Source of the DNA: Eledone cirrhosa
Lineage: Eukaryota
DNA: 64,000 bases
Direction: 5' to 3'
NCBI GenBank assembly: GCA_964016885.1
Contig: OZ024744.1
Coordinates: forward strand, 85,498,001-85,562,000
In this document: positions 31,082 through 45,945 of the stretch, piece after piece
Layout: every line of letters begins with the position of its first letter
Position numbering within the stretch: position 1 is the stretch's first letter
Notes under the pieces: model-generated
The model's database searches: none
Seen by the model: only the letters and a program-made list of their open reading frames with translations
What the model was told of the DNA's origin: nothing
Made by a program: the position numbers and the translations under genes

Positions 31082-31327
31082 TTTGAAGAGGATGCAGGAT
31101 CTATTGTCACCGCCATCGCCACCACCACCACCACCACCACCACCACCATCACCACCAACAACAACAACCACAACCACAACAACAGCAACAACAACAACAA
31201 CCACAACAACACCACGACCACCACCACCAACAACAACAACACCACCACCATCACCCCCAACAACACCACCACCACCAACAACAACAACACCACCACCAAC
31301 AACAACACCACCAACACCACCAACACC

Positions 31328-31358
<31 letters not shown>

Positions 31359-31384
31359 CCAACAACACCACCAACACCACCAAC

Positions 31385-31429
<45 letters not shown>

Positions 31430-32065
31430 AATAACTACAACACGACCAACAACAAAAACAACATCACCATCACCCCCAACAACACCACCACCAACAGCAA
31501 CAACACCACCACCACCAACAACAACAACAACACCAACAGCACCACCACCACCACCACCACCACCACCAACACCACCACCACCAACAACAACAACAGCACC
31601 ACCACCACCACCACCAACACCACCACCAACAACAACACCACCACCACCACCACCACCAACACCACCACCAACAACAACACCAACACCACCTCCAACACCA
31701 CCACCACCACCATCACCTCCAACAACACCACCAACAACAACAACATCACCAACAACACCACCAACACCACCAACACCACCACCAACAACAACGACAACAA
31801 CACCACCAACAACACCACCACCACCAACAACAACAACAACAACATCAACCACAACAACAACAATACCACCACCACCACCACCAACATCACCACCACCATC
31901 ACCACCAACAACAACAACCACAACAACACCAACAACAACAACAACCACAACAACACCACGACCACCACCACCAACAACAACAACAACACCACCATCACCC
32001 CCAACAACACCACCACCAACAACAACAACACCACCACCAACAACAACACCACCAACACCACCAAC

Positions 32066-32097
<32 letters not shown>

Positions 32098-33194
32098 CAC
32101 CAACAACACCACCAACACCACCAACACCACCACCACCAACAACAAAAACAACATCACCATCACCCCCAACAACACCACCACCAACAGCAACAACACCACC
32201 ACCAACAACAACAACAACACCAACAGCACCACCACCACCACCACCACCACCACCACCAACACCACCACCACCAACAACAACAACAGCACCACCACCACCA
32301 CCACCAACACCACCACCAACAACAACACCACCACCACCACCAACAACAACACCACCACCAACAACAACACCAACACCACCTCCAACACCACCACCACCAC
32401 CATCACCTCCAACAACACCACCACCAACAACAACATCACCAACAACACCACCAACACCACCAACACCACCACCAACAACAACGACAACAACACCACCAAC
32501 AACACCACCACCAACAACAACAACAACGACAACAACCACAACAACAACAACAACACCACCACCACCACCACCAACATCACCACCACCATCACCACCAACA
32601 CCACCTCCAACACCACCACCACCACCATCACCTCCAACAACACCACCACCAACAACAACATCACCAACAACACCACCAACACCACCAACACCACCACCAC
32701 CAACAACAACAACAACACCACCAACAACACCACCACCACCAACAACAACAACAACAACAACAACCACAACAACAACAACACCACCACCACCACGACCAAC
32801 ATCACCACCACCACCACCACCACCACCACCACCACCAACACCACCACCACGACCAGCACCAACAACAACAACACCACCAACAACAACACCATCACCACCA
32901 CCAACAACAACAACACCACCAACAACACCACCGCCATCAGCACTACAACTACCACCAACAACAACAACATCACCAAAAATACTACCACCACCACCAACAA
33001 CAACAACAACATCAGCAACACCACCAAAACGGCGGTGGTGGCGGTGGTGTTCTTGGTGATGTTTTTGTTGTTGGTGGTGATGGCGATGGTGGTGGTGGTG
33101 GTGGTGTTGGTGATTTTGTTGTTGTTGGTGGTAGTTGTAGTGCTGATGGCGGTGGTGGTGATGGTGGTGGTGGAGGTGTTGGTGGTGCTGTTGG

Positions 33195-33225
<31 letters not shown>

Positions 33226-33421
33226 GGTTGTGGTAGTGGTGGTGGTGCTGTTGTTGTTGTTGTTGGTGGTGGTGTTGGTGGTGGTATTGGTGGTGGTAGT
33301 GGTGGTAGTGGTGGTGGTGCTGTCGTTATTGGTGGTGTTGGTGGTGGTGCTGTTGACGTTGCTATTGTTGTTGTTGTTGGTGGTGGTGGTGGTGGTGGTG
33401 ATGGTGGTGGCGGCGGTGCTG

Positions 33422-33453
<32 letters not shown>

Positions 33454-33854
33454 GGTGGTAGTGGTGGTGGTAGTGGTGGTGGAGGTGGTGGTGGTGGTGG
33501 TGGTGGTGGTGGTGGTGGTGGTGGTGTTGTTGTTGGTGGTGGTGGTGGTAGTGGTGGTAGTGGTGGTGGTGGTGGTGGTGGTGATGGTGGTGGTGATAGT
33601 GGTGGTGGTGATGGTGCTTTGTTGTTGGTGGTGTTGGTGGTGGTGGTGGTGGTGGTAGTGGTGGTGGCGGCGGTGCTGTTGTTGTTGGTTCTGTTGTTAG
33701 TGGTGTTGCTGGTGGTGCTGTAGGTGTTGTTGTTGTTGTTGGTTGTTCTGGTGGTGTTGTTGGTGGTGGTGGTAGTGGTGGTGGTGCTGTTGTTGTTGGT
33801 GGTCTTGATGGTGGTGGTTGTGGCGGTGACAATAGATCCTTCATCCTCTTCAAA
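31082..33854. repeat. Foldback/inverted duplication of a (CCA/ACA)n mosaic with unique ~34-bp inverted termini
   Basis: tttgaagaggatgcaggatctattgtcaccgcca at 31082 recurs, with one mismatch, as a reverse complement ending at 33854. The internal marker ccgccatcagcactacaactacc (~32931) recurs inverted (~33128-33152). Strand switch at ~33030. Confidence 0.85.
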
Positions 33855-34605
33855 CCCCAATAATTCTAGGTTTCAACATTATCGCATATTTTGACGTGCT
33901 GAGTCAGCTCGTAATTACGTTAATTACAGTACTTAATTACGAAATTTTGTTTGTTTGTGGAATACTCAACCACTTTCATAGCAATTCGCGTTTACTTGAT
34001 CAAACTCGCTTTTACTGCATCGTCGAAACCCACGGAGGATTCATTAATATTACATATTTTAATGTGTCTTTTCCTTTCCAAAGATGGCCGATCGAGGCAC
34101 CACACAATTTTTTTTTCTTTTCTTTCTTTAACCATATCTACATACGTTTATAATTTAGGCACAAGATTATCACTTAGCAGGAAAGAGAAAATCGATTTAA
34201 TCGATTCCAGTTCTTGATTGACACTTTATTTTATCGACCCGTGAATTATGAAAACAAAATACCAGTTCATAACTGCAGCATCTGAATTCAGAAATTAAAT
34301 TAAAGGGCTGTAACTAAATACCGCAAAGCAATATGTTTGGGGCCCCTAAAGATTGTATCTATCCACCGGAAACACTACATGTTATATATTGTCTCTACCT
34401 CACTACATTATCTAGTCTTATACAATAAAATGTTGCACTTTGCTTGAAGCATTGTATATAATATATAACGTGGAAAGAGATAGAAAGCTAAACAATATAA
34501 AATGGACTGCAAGATGTAGGTAAGGGAAAAAAGGTAATCTTTGTTTTGTTTTCTTTGTTGCTGTGGTTTCTTTCGTCCTTATATTATTGAACTTAAATAG
34601 GTTCT

Positions 34606-35082
34606 ACCTGGCTACATTATCGAACAAGTCCTATATAGTCGGCACCTGACTACATCATCGAACAAGTCCTATATAGTCGGCACCTGACTACATCATCGAA
34701 CAAGTCCTATATACTCTGTACCTGACTACATCATCGAACAAGTCCTATATAGTCGGCACCTGACTACATCATCGAACAAGTCCTATATACTCTGTACCTG
34801 ACTACATCATCGAACAAGTCCTATATAGTCGGCACCTGACTACATCATCGAACAAGTCCTATATAGTCGGCACCTGACTACATCATCGAACAAGTCCTAT
34901 ATAGTCGGCACCTGACTACATTATCGAACACGTCCTATATAGTCTGTACCTGACTACATTATAGAACGAGTCATATGTAGTCTCTACCTGGTTACATTAT
35001 CGAACGAATCTCATATAGTTTCTACCTGGTTCCATTATAGAACAAGTCCTATATAGTCTCTACCTGACTACATTATCGAACG
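34606..35082 (+). repeat. Minisatellite, 38-bp unit ACCTGACTACATCATCGAACAAGTCCTATATAGTCGGC, ~12 copies
   Basis: Directly visible; the edge units are diverged. Confidence 0.95.
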
Positions 35083-35083
35083 A

Positions 35084-35292
35084 GGGTAGACTGGCAATAT
35101 CGGTGTTGCGTCGGACAACATGCTTTATGGCATAGAGTTACGGCCCTTTAAGCTCTGAGTTCAAATCCTGCCGAGGTTAGCTTTGCCTTTCATCTCTACG
35201 GGGTCGATAAAATAAAGTACTGGGGTTGATTTAACCGACTTTCCCTTTCCCCAAATTGATGGCCTTATGCCTAAATCAGAAACCAATATTTT
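35084..35292 (+). mobile_element. tRNA-derived SINE (major family)
   Basis: Same head, body and tail as the 28509 cluster. Confidence 0.85.
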
Positions 35293-35489
35293 ACTACATT
35301 ATCGTCTAATATGTTAATTAGACTGCTATTTCTCGCAGTTTGGGTTACCACGTAGACGCTCTGTTGTTGGCCTGTGTTGACAGCATTTTGTTTTCTTTTT
35401 GTAATTGTTGTTAAAGACCCAGATAAGAAACTGATTGAACAGATATATTATCAAAAGCATTCCAGACATAACAATACGGTATTTTTTAT

Positions 35490-35998
35490 ATGTATGGTAT
35501 GGTATAGTCCCGTAACCCGTGATAGAGTTGTAGGGGCACCGTATTGACATACGACGTTTCGTTGGCATTTTAAGCTTGGCGGAGCCCCATCACTCTCCAG
35601 GCCAGAGTACAGCAGATTTCTTCCAAATGAAAATAGAAAGTGAGAGAGAGAGAGGAAACGAAAAAGATATATAGATGAAGAATCGACTCCAGTACTAGAC
35701 TGGTACTTTTTTTTTTATCGACCTCGAAAAGATGAAAGACAAATTTGACCTCGGCGGGATTTGAAATCAGAGAGCAGAGAGCCTGGAACGAAAGATAGAA
35801 AGTGAGAGAGAGGAAACGAGAAAGATATATAGAGAAAGAATCGACCCCAGTACTAGACTGGGACTTTTTTATCGACCTTGAAATGATAAAAGGCAAATTT
35901 GCCCTCGGTGGGATTTGAATTGAAAGAAGCGAGAGCCGCAATGAATTCCATGAAGGATTCTATCCGATGTTCTGACGACTCTGCCAATTCGCCGCCAT
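35490..35998 (-). mobile_element. SINE subfamily with a distinct LINE-like tail ending in (CATAC)n; internal partial duplication
   Basis: Homologous to 45603-45945 (gaaatctgctgtactc..gctccgcca.gcttaa..gtatgtcaatac). Confidence 0.7.
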
Positions 35999-36338
35999 CT
36001 TTATATTCATATCAGACAGAAATTACAATAAACTAATACGTCCATCCACTTTTAATATTTTCCTTTAAAGAGAGTAAGTTTGTGATTTTAAAGGGGAATT
36101 AGATGCTATTTCTAGCGGGTCCAGTGTTTGTGTGGAAGCTCCCTCATGGGCTGACGTTGATTTTTTTTCAGTTGCAGTAGCCATCATGACAGAGCAGTGT
36201 TTTTTATGTAAGCCGTGCTGGTCTTCTTATGTGGCCTACTAGTAAAGAATATATATAGAAATTAAAGGGGTATATGTATATATACAAACAAAGCCACACT
36301 TGATTGTTGAAAGGAACACAGATAAGACGCGCACACAC

Positions 36339-36401
<63 letters not shown>

Positions 36402-36626
36402 TAGAAACACATACACATACACAGACGCACACGCGCATATACAAGCACTCGAATTCACTCACGCATCACATGCAGGTATACATACACGCACATCCAAACA
36501 AACAATCACCGACACACATACTCATATAAACAAACGAAACACGCATAAGAAGACACACTCACAAATATACTCGAACACACCCATATACATACATATACAT
36601 AATACACACGCATACACACACACACT

Positions 36627-36666
<40 letters not shown>

Positions 36667-37930
36667 CACTACATACACATATATACACACGAACACACGT
36701 ATAAGAACACACACTCACAAATATACACGAACACATATACAAACACACAATCACGTACGTACATGAATGAACACCCAAACAGACAAACACACATACACAC
36801 ACGCTAACAAGAACACATTCGCAAATGCACGCGAATGCACCCATACACATACTATACCTAATATACACATATACATAAATACATAGATACATACACGCAC
36901 ATATATATATACACACACAATCACATACATACACACATATACATACTCACAAATACACTCACACGCATACACACACACACATACACGAACACGCATGAGA
37001 GCACACCTGAATACACCTATACAGATGCATACAGAAACATACACACATACATACAGACACACAGTATCGCATACATACACATATATACATACACACTCAT
37101 ACACACACACATACACATAAATGCACTCACTTACAGACACATACATACACATACATTTATATATACATACGCACACATATATACATATAAATACATACTC
37201 ACACACATACACACATACATACACACTCACACACACACATATAGATACCTTCACGCACATACATACAAACAAACACACACTCACACATACATACACACAC
37301 GTACATACACATATACTCACAGACAAGTAAACCAACATCAAAACTATAAACGCAATATCAATAACAAAAAAATAACAACAAAACACAAAAATATTACTTA
37401 AACATAACAAAACGTAACAAAAACAAAAAACAAAAAACACATAAATATAGCAAACTGTAACAAAAAACACATAAATATAGCAAACTGTAACAAAAAATAA
37501 CAATACACAAAACAAAACACAAAACACAACAAAAGACAAAAATAAGACAAAAACAGCAACAACAACAAAAATAATAATACACAAAAATAACAAAATATAA
37601 CAAAAAAATAACAAAATATAACAAAAATAATAACAAAAAAAACATAAACAACAAGAAAACACAAAAATATAATAAAAAACAACAAAAATAACAACAAACA
37701 AAGACCCAAAATCACAAAAAAAAACAAATATGTTAAAAATAACAAAATAAAAGATAACATTTTTTTTTTCATTTTTTAGAATAAAAAACTAAAGTAAGAA
37801 ACAAAAACGATATCAACAAGATAAAAAGAAAAGACAACCACAATCAAAGAAGTGTTGTATCATTGTGTCACAGCATGACATCACTCTGATCTATAACCGT
37901 ACCACATATATATATATACATTTATATATG

Positions 37931-37967
<37 letters not shown>

Positions 37968-38436
37968 TGTGTGTATATATTTATATATATATATATGTAC
38001 AAATGGAAGTACCGCATATATCATATATATATATATATATCATATATATATATATCATACATATATATATATATATATACATATATATGTATATATATAT
38101 ATATATGATATATATATATATATGATATATATATATGATGTATATACATATGATGTATATATATATATATATATACATATATATCATATAAGATATAAAT
38201 ATATGATATATATATATGATGTATATATATATGATGTATATATATATATGATGTATATGTATATATATATATTTATATATATATATATGATGTATATATA
38301 TATGATGTATATGTATATATATATATATATGATGTATATATATACATATACATATATATGATGTATATATAGATATAGATATATGATATATATATATACA
38401 TATGATGTATATATATATATATACATGATGTATATG

Positions 38437-38478
<42 letters not shown>

Positions 38479-38729
38479 TATGATGTATATGTATATATAT
38501 ATATATACTCATGTATATATGATGTAAATATATATACATGTATATATGATGTAAATATATATACATGTATATATGATGTATATATATATATATACATGTA
38601 TATATGATGTATATATATATATATATATATACACACATGTATATATGATGTATATACATGTATATATATGATGTATATACAAAGGCGCATGTGCACAATC
38701 ACACACAGGCGCACGCATACACACATACA

Positions 38730-39240
38730 CATATTTACGTACGGACTGTCTCTGTCTCACATGCATACGTACACATACACACACTCACGTACGGACTCTC
38801 TCTCACATACATACATACATACACTCATGTACGGATTCTCTCTTTCACATACATATGCATACACATACTTACGTAAGGACTCTCTCACACATACATACAT
38901 ACACACACACGCTCAAGTACAGACTCTCTCTCACACACACATAGACATATTTACGTACGGACTCTCTCTCACAGACATACACACATACACACACTTACGT
39001 ACGGACTCTCTCTCTCACATACATACACACGTACACATATTTACGTACGGACTCTCTCTCACAGACATACACACATACACACACTTACGTACGGACTCTC
39101 TCTCTCTCACATACATACACACATACACATATTTACGTACGGACTCTCTCTCTCACATACAGACATACACACACATCACGTACGGACTCTCTCTCACATA
39201 CATACACACACTTACACACACGGACTCTCTGTCACACACA
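38730..39240 (+). repeat. Degenerate minisatellite (~40-50-bp unit with core acgtacggactctctctc), ~12 copies
   Basis: Recurrent cgtacggactctctc separated by CA-rich spacers. Confidence 0.85.
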
Positions 39241-39387
39241 TTCATTTACACATTTACACAAGCAAACACATACTCACATTTACTGATACGCCCTCTCACA
39301 TGCACACATACACTCACACACATACATGCACACATATACACACGCATACTCTCTTTTAAACACACATACACATACTCATGTACGGAC

Positions 39388-39473
<86 letters not shown>

Positions 39474-39738
39474 ACATGCACACGTACACACACACACACA
39501 CGCACACACACACATACGTACACATACGCATTCACATACTCATATGCAAACTCACTTTCACACATATACATACACACGAACGGACTCTCTCTCTCTCTTA
39601 TGTACACGTAGACACACACACACACACATGCACCCACTAACACGCACACGTACGCCAACTCTCTCACTCACACTCACACACACACACACACACACAGAAG
39701 CACACACTCGGACGCATATACATACATACATATAGTGT

Positions 39739-39954
39739 TTATTTCTTTTCTGTAAGACCACAGCCGCCAAATGGAATGTAAAAGCCATTGTCCTTTGGAA
39801 CAAAAGATTCGAAACCCTGAACAATGTCAATGGCGTGGCCTGCTTTACTTGGTAATGGGCACGAAGCTGAGTTAAGTGACTGTCTCAAACTGCCTGCAGC
39901 CTTAAGGAAATCGATATAAAGCGGGTTTGCCACTCGGTAGTAAGAGTCAGTCCC
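39739..39954 (-). other. Candidate terminal coding exon of unknown gene or pseudogene
   Basis: Unique, more GC-rich island. Acceptor-like tttttgatttag is followed by the open frame GTDSYYRVANPLYIDFLKAAGS...[14 protein letters not shown]. No recognisable domain. Confidence 0.3.
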
Positions 39955-39991
39955 CTAAATCAAAAAACCAAGATCCTTCTCAGTTAAAAAA

Positions 39992-40022
<31 letters not shown>

Positions 40023-40132
40023 AAATTAAACAAATAAAATAAACAAAAAACAACAACAACAACAAAAAAAACAACAACCTTAGATCTCTACGACATACAC
40101 ACATATACTATATATATACATATATATATATA

Positions 40133-40220
40133 TTCTGTTTTGTCGTTTCCTTGAACTATATACACACATATATATATATATGTATATATATGTATATATG
40201 TATATATATATATATATGTA

Positions 40221-40276
<56 letters not shown>

Positions 40277-40294
40277 TATATATGCATATATATG

Positions 40295-40391
<97 letters not shown>

Positions 40392-40420
40392 CGTATATAG
40401 TTCAAGGAAACGACAAAACA
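40133..40420. repeat. Inverted repeat enclosing (TA)n
   Basis: tgttttgtcgtttccttgaactatata versus tatatagttcaaggaaacgacaaaaca. Confidence 0.85.
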
Positions 40421-40468
40421 ATATATATGTATATATATAGTATATGTGTATATATTATATATATATGT

Positions 40469-40537
<69 letters not shown>

Positions 40538-40551
40538 GTACACGTATGATG

Positions 40552-40592
<41 letters not shown>

Positions 40593-41187
40593 ATGTGCGT
40601 ATGTATATGTGTATATATATTATTTTTTCTTATACTTTTTGTTCGTTCCTTTTAATTGTTCTTTATTTAGTTTTCGTTTTGTTTGATTAGTTTCCGGGGT
40701 ATAGAGGTTAAGCTGGAGCAGCATATTCACTTCTTCCTCTTGTTGTTGTTGATGATGTTTTTACTGTTGTTGTTCGCAGTGTTGTTGTATATATGTGTGT
40801 GTTTATGCCTTCTTTTTAGTCGTAATCTGTTAATTTTTTGTATGTTTTGGACCGTTTTCTTTCTTTTTTTTGTTTGGGGGGTGAGGGACTTCCTATTATC
40901 TTGTTATTTCATCTTATTTCGTATATTAATTCTATATTTATTTTCTTTATTTAACTATTTTAATTCTAAACTATATTCTCCAGTCTTATTATATCGTATT
41001 TTATTTCCTCTCAGTGCAGCATGTATCTCTTTATACTTACTATCATCTATTGTCTGTAATTTGTTCGTTGATTTCTCTTGTTGTTGTTGTTGTTGTTGTT
41101 GTTGTTATTATTATTATTATCTGGTTGTTACTGTTGTTGTTGTTGCTATTGTTGTAATTATTATGATTATTATGATTATTATTATTA

Positions 41188-41610
41188 TCGGTAGAGGGTC
41201 GGATGCTATGCTTTGCAAGATAGAGTTACGGCCCTTTACGTTCTGAGTTCAAATCATGTCGAGGTTAACTTTGCCTTTCATTCTTACGGAGTCGATAAAA
41301 TAAAGTACCAGTAATACACTGGGATCGATTTAATCGACTTTCTCCTCCCCTTTAAATTTCTGGGCTTGTGGCTAAAGTAGAAACTATTATCATTATGGGT
41401 GGTGGATTACCAGTATGGTTAGAGCGTTGTACAGCATGCTTTGCGGCATAACGTTACGGCCCTTTACGTTCTGAGTTCAAATCCCGCCGAGGTTAGCTTT
41501 GCCTTTCATCCTTACGGGGTCGATAAAATAAAGTACCAATAATGTAGTGAGGTCGATTTAATCAACTTTTCCCTTACCTTCAAATTACTAGCCTTGTGCC
41601 TAAATCAGGA

Positions 41611-41612
<2 letters not shown>
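41188..41612 (+). mobile_element. Two tandem tRNA-derived SINEs (major family)
   Basis: Two heads, bodies and tails; the second tail runs into (CTA)n. Confidence 0.85.
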
Positions 41613-41662
<50 letters not shown>

Positions 41663-41689
41663 GTACTACTACTACTACTACTACTACTG

Positions 41690-41746
<57 letters not shown>

Positions 41747-41824
41747 GTACCACTACTACTTCTACTACTATTACTACTACTACTACACCACCACCACTAT
41801 TGCTACTACTACTACTACTACTAG

Positions 41825-41908
<84 letters not shown>

Positions 41909-41925
41909 ACCACCACCACCACTAT

Positions 41926-42003
<78 letters not shown>

Positions 42004-42072
42004 AGCACCACCACTATTACTACTACTTCTACTACTACGCCACTACCATCACCACCACCACCACCACCACTA

Positions 42073-42145
<73 letters not shown>

Positions 42146-42225
42146 AGCTACTTCTACTACTACTATTACTACTACTACTTCTGACACCACCACCACTATT
42201 GCTACTACTCCTACTACTACTACAG
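41612..42225. repeat. (CTA)n/(CCA)n trinucleotide repeat
   Basis: Directly visible. Confidence 0.95.
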
Positions 42226-42508
42226 CATAACTATAGTCTGACCACAGCTGTAAGCAGATGTGCAAGCGTGTCTAGACATTAACCGGCAATTGAGATCCTA
42301 AAAATCGAAAAACCCACAGTCAACTGAGTCAAGGACACTTTGAGCGCAGCCAGTTAGAATCTTGTCTTTCCTTCACCGATAACAATGTATTTCATGTCTG
42401 AAATTATTAACTCAACCGTAACGAATTAACACTATGTAGATCTATTGTATTCCCTATTGTATAAATAATATTACAAATAAAAAAGAAAAGAAAAAACACA
42501 GAAGCGAG

Positions 42509-42982
42509 TAGCACAAACATCTAGGACCACATACAACACATAATCAGATAATACACACATCTAGGACCACATACAACACATAAGGAGGTAATACACACAT
42601 CTAGGACCACATACAACTCATAATCAGGTAGCACACACATCTAGGAGCACATACAACACACAAGCAGGTAATACAAACATCTAGGACCACATACAACTCA
42701 TAATCAGGTAATACACACATCTAGGACCACATACAACACATAAGGAGGTAATACACACATCTAGGACCACATACAACTCATAATCAGGTAGCACACACAT
42801 CTAGGACCACATACAACACATAAGGAGGTAGCACACACATCTAGGATCACATACAACACACAAGCAGGTAATACAAACATCTAGGACCACATACAACTCA
42901 TAATCAGGTAACACACACATCTAGGACTACATACAACACACAGACAGGTAAAACATACATCTAGGACCAATTACAACACACA
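42509..42982 (+). repeat. Minisatellite, 40-bp unit (ACATCTAGGACCACATACAACACATAATCAGGTAATACAC), 12 copies
   Basis: ctagga recurs every 40 bp from 42521 to 42961. Confidence 0.95.
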
Positions 42983-42994
42983 TTGTATCATATT

Positions 42995-44048
42995 CTATGG
43001 ACGACGCAAGAGCAATGGTCGGCCAACATAAGAGTTTCGTCACTCTTCTGAAGAGAGAAAATCTATCTGTATTTGCTGTTCATTGTGTCATTCATCGACA
43101 TCTGTATTTGCTGTTCATTGTGTCATTCATCGACAACACTTGGACTTGGCTGCGAAGAAAGTCAGCAAGCCGCTGAGCAAGTTCTTGCAGGTGGCCATTG
43201 ATGTCATCAATTTTATCAAACGCCATTCCCTCAATGAACGAATTTTTCAGCAACTGTGCCAAGATAATTCTGAAGTTAGGTGGCTTTCAAAGGGCAAGTG
43301 CCTTACTCACTTCTTTGAACTGTTCGACTCTATCATTGAGTTTCAACATAGAACTGTACAAGAAAACCCTCGATGTGAGGCAAGACTGCGCCTACCTCGC
43401 TAACATCTTCGACAAATGCAACAGCGTCATTATGGCTTTGCAGGAGGAAGAAGATCACCTTGCTTAAAGCAAGGAATGCTGTGAAAACATTCCTGACCAA
43501 ATTGAATGTAATCGAAAGGAATCTTTGTTGACGGGAATTCTATAATTTTCCTAGTGTCGCCAATGTTCAAAACATTGTAAGTGATGACCAACTCCAAATT
43601 TATACCGCTCACTTCCGTGCACTACAGGAGAACATGAGAGAATGGTTTGTTGACCTTTTGTCTATGGACATCCCAATGTGGATAGTAGATCCTTTCATAG
43701 CTAACGTCGATGATTTGGACGTTATATTTCAGGAAGAATTCATTGAACTTCAAGCAGATGACATGATCAAAATTTGATTTCCCAAAATAGGTTAACCCCT
43801 TTATTTGGTTGTAAGAGGAAATTCAGCGTCGATTTCCACTCCTACATGCAGAGGCTAAGAAATTTGCTCTGCCTTTTCCAAGCTCATACTTAGTCGAGAG
43901 GAGGTTTGGTGCTGTTTCCAAACTGCTCAGTAAGGCTAGCACCTGCTACAATGTAATTACACATGGAGATTTCTGGCTACATCTTACGAAAATCCAGCCT
44001 GACGTCAAAGAGTTAGCTAGACTCCATGAAGCTCAAGGATCCCATTGA
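42995..44048 (+). pseudogene. Degraded hAT (Charlie/SCAND3/ZBED8-like) transposase
   Basis: Motifs D.A.AMVG, HCVIHRQ.L, EVRWLSKG.CL..F.EL, AYL..IF, FPSSYLVER.F and AQGSH*; frameshifts and a 35-bp tandem duplication at ~43065-43134. Confidence 0.88.
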
Positions 44049-44459
44049 AATGAGGTCAAAGTTAAAGTAAGTTCATTTATCCGAAAACTTGGATATGCTA
44101 TTGTTACAAAGCAAACTAACAATTTTTTTATTTGTAGTTGCAGTCTGACTGGACTGGAAACGATCTACAATTGACTTACTCATTTGTTGTATATATTTTA
44201 CCATTTACTAATAAATATACCCTCTTATATAGTCATGAAATCCCTCTTCCATGGTCTCTAAGCTCACAAAGCGGAGTGGGAGGACATCAAGTTAGATATC
44301 AACAATTATTCTGTCCGTTTCATTAAAGGGAAAATTGGAAAGCTTTGAAATTATATAATTGCCACTTTCTCCCAGATACGAGCACTCTTTCGATAGACAG
44401 AGATGCACTTGTATAAATGTTCAAAATAGCTGGTATCGCCTGGTGGGAATATAACAAAT

Positions 44460-44912
44460 TCAACTGGTCCTTCAGCAGCACAGTTTTACGTCCGATCTTC
44501 AACGCTAGCATGGGTTAGACGGGTTGTCCTGTTGTGGGCAGTGTCCGGTCGGCTGACCTTGTCTTGCTCATACGGGAACTGATTCTGGCTTGATTTCTAC
44601 AGCTGGATGCCCTTCCTAACACCAACCTCATTTACAGTGAGTGCTGGATGCTTTTTTTTTTCGTGGCGCCTACACGTCCACTTTTACAGTGTGGGCTGGG
44701 TACTTTTTTTGCCGTAGCACCTCCACGACCACTTTGCAGTGGAATGATAGGAACCTCAGTCCTATCATCTCATTTCTACATCTGAGCAAACTGGAGCAAT
44801 GTGAAATAAAGTGTCTTGTTCAAGGAAACAACACATCCCCCGGTCCGAGAATTGAACTCACAACCTTTCGATGCAAGCCCAATGCTCTAACCAGTAAGCC
44901 ATGCGCCTTCCT
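44460..44912 (-). mobile_element. tRNA-derived CORE-like SINE nested in the hAT 3' region
   Basis: ggagcaatgtgaaataaagtgtcttgttcaagga...gaattgaactcac...ctctaacc head plus the ggatgcccttcctaac body motif. Confidence 0.65.
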
Positions 44913-45158
44913 TATTCATAAAAAAGAACATTTATGTTCCTTTTTTTGAAATTTATATATTTCCTTTCAAGGATGTATTTATACTCTCAGCTCCCTGCAA
45001 TGGTATCTTTGGAATATTGTTAATCAATTTTTTAGTAATCGACTGATATCAAAATCAGTAGTATATTGAAAAAGTGAAAAAATGGGGGGGGGGGGCGATT
45101 TCGAGGGACAAAAGGGGACGTTTGGCCTAAATGGGTTGAGAACCTGTGTTCTAGACAG

Positions 45159-45945
45159 TGGATTGCCAGTATCGGTACACTATCGAACAACATGCTTTTC
45201 GGTATATACTTACGTCTCTTTACGTTCTGAGTTCAAATCCAGCCGAGGTTAACTTTGCCTTTCATCCTTACGGGGTCGATAAAATAAAGTACCAGTAATA
45301 TTGGCCTTATCCTCGACTTTCAATAAAACTTACCTCTCTGTTGAATCCTTGGCTAAGTATTGGTCTTTCTCACAATTTCGCATTTAGAATATTTTCTAAT
45401 TCCGTTTTGCTTTAAATAATTGTTCCTACTTTTGGCACAAGGCCAGCGATTACCCAATGCATTACTGGTACTTTATTTTGCTTTAAATAATATCGAAACA
45501 ATTTAGTTAGTTCTGTTACCCAAATTTATTGTTTATTTCTATTTTGTACTTTATCGTTTTCTTGTATATAGGTAGAATATATTTCTCATATTTCTTTTTC
45601 AGGTGGCGGTTTCGCAGAGTCGTTAGAACGTCGGATAGAATGCTTTATGGTATTCATTCCGACTCTCTGCTCTCTGAGTTCAAATCCCACCAAGGTCAAC
45701 TTTGCCGTTCATCATTAAAAGGTCGATAAAAAAAAGTACCAGTCTAGTACTGCGATCGATTATTTCTCTATATCTCTTTCTCATTTTATCACTCTCTCTC
45801 ACTTCCTATATTCCTCTGGAAGAAATCTGCTGTACTCAGGCATGGAGAGGGATGGGCTCCGCCAGGCTTAAAAAAAACCCCAAGAAACGCCGTATGTCAA
45901 TACAGCGCCTCTACGACTCAACCAGGAGTTACGACACCATACATA
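45159..45945 (+). mobile_element. SINE cluster (major family 45159-45306, inverted fragment ~45415-45480, tailed subfamily 45603-45945)
   Basis: Shared gagttcaaatcc / ttgcctttcatcc / gtcgataaa..aagtaccagt motifs. Confidence 0.75.

Larger units (their letters stand above)
42990..45148 (+). mobile_element. hAT-Charlie DNA transposon remnant (5' part missing)
   Basis: Transposase fragments at 42995-44048; right end ggttgagaacctgtg (TIR of the cagtggttctcaacc type) followed by ttctagac. Confidence 0.8.

Noticed and set aside
31004-33860. Mucin/extensin-like Pro-Thr or Gly-Val proteins
   Set aside because: Trinucleotide mosaic open in several frames on both strands; no signal peptide or exon structure; explained by the foldback repeat.
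42995-44048. Domesticated host gene SCAND3/ZBED8
   Set aside because: Multiple frameshifts, a missing N-terminus and a retained TIR indicate a transposon fossil.
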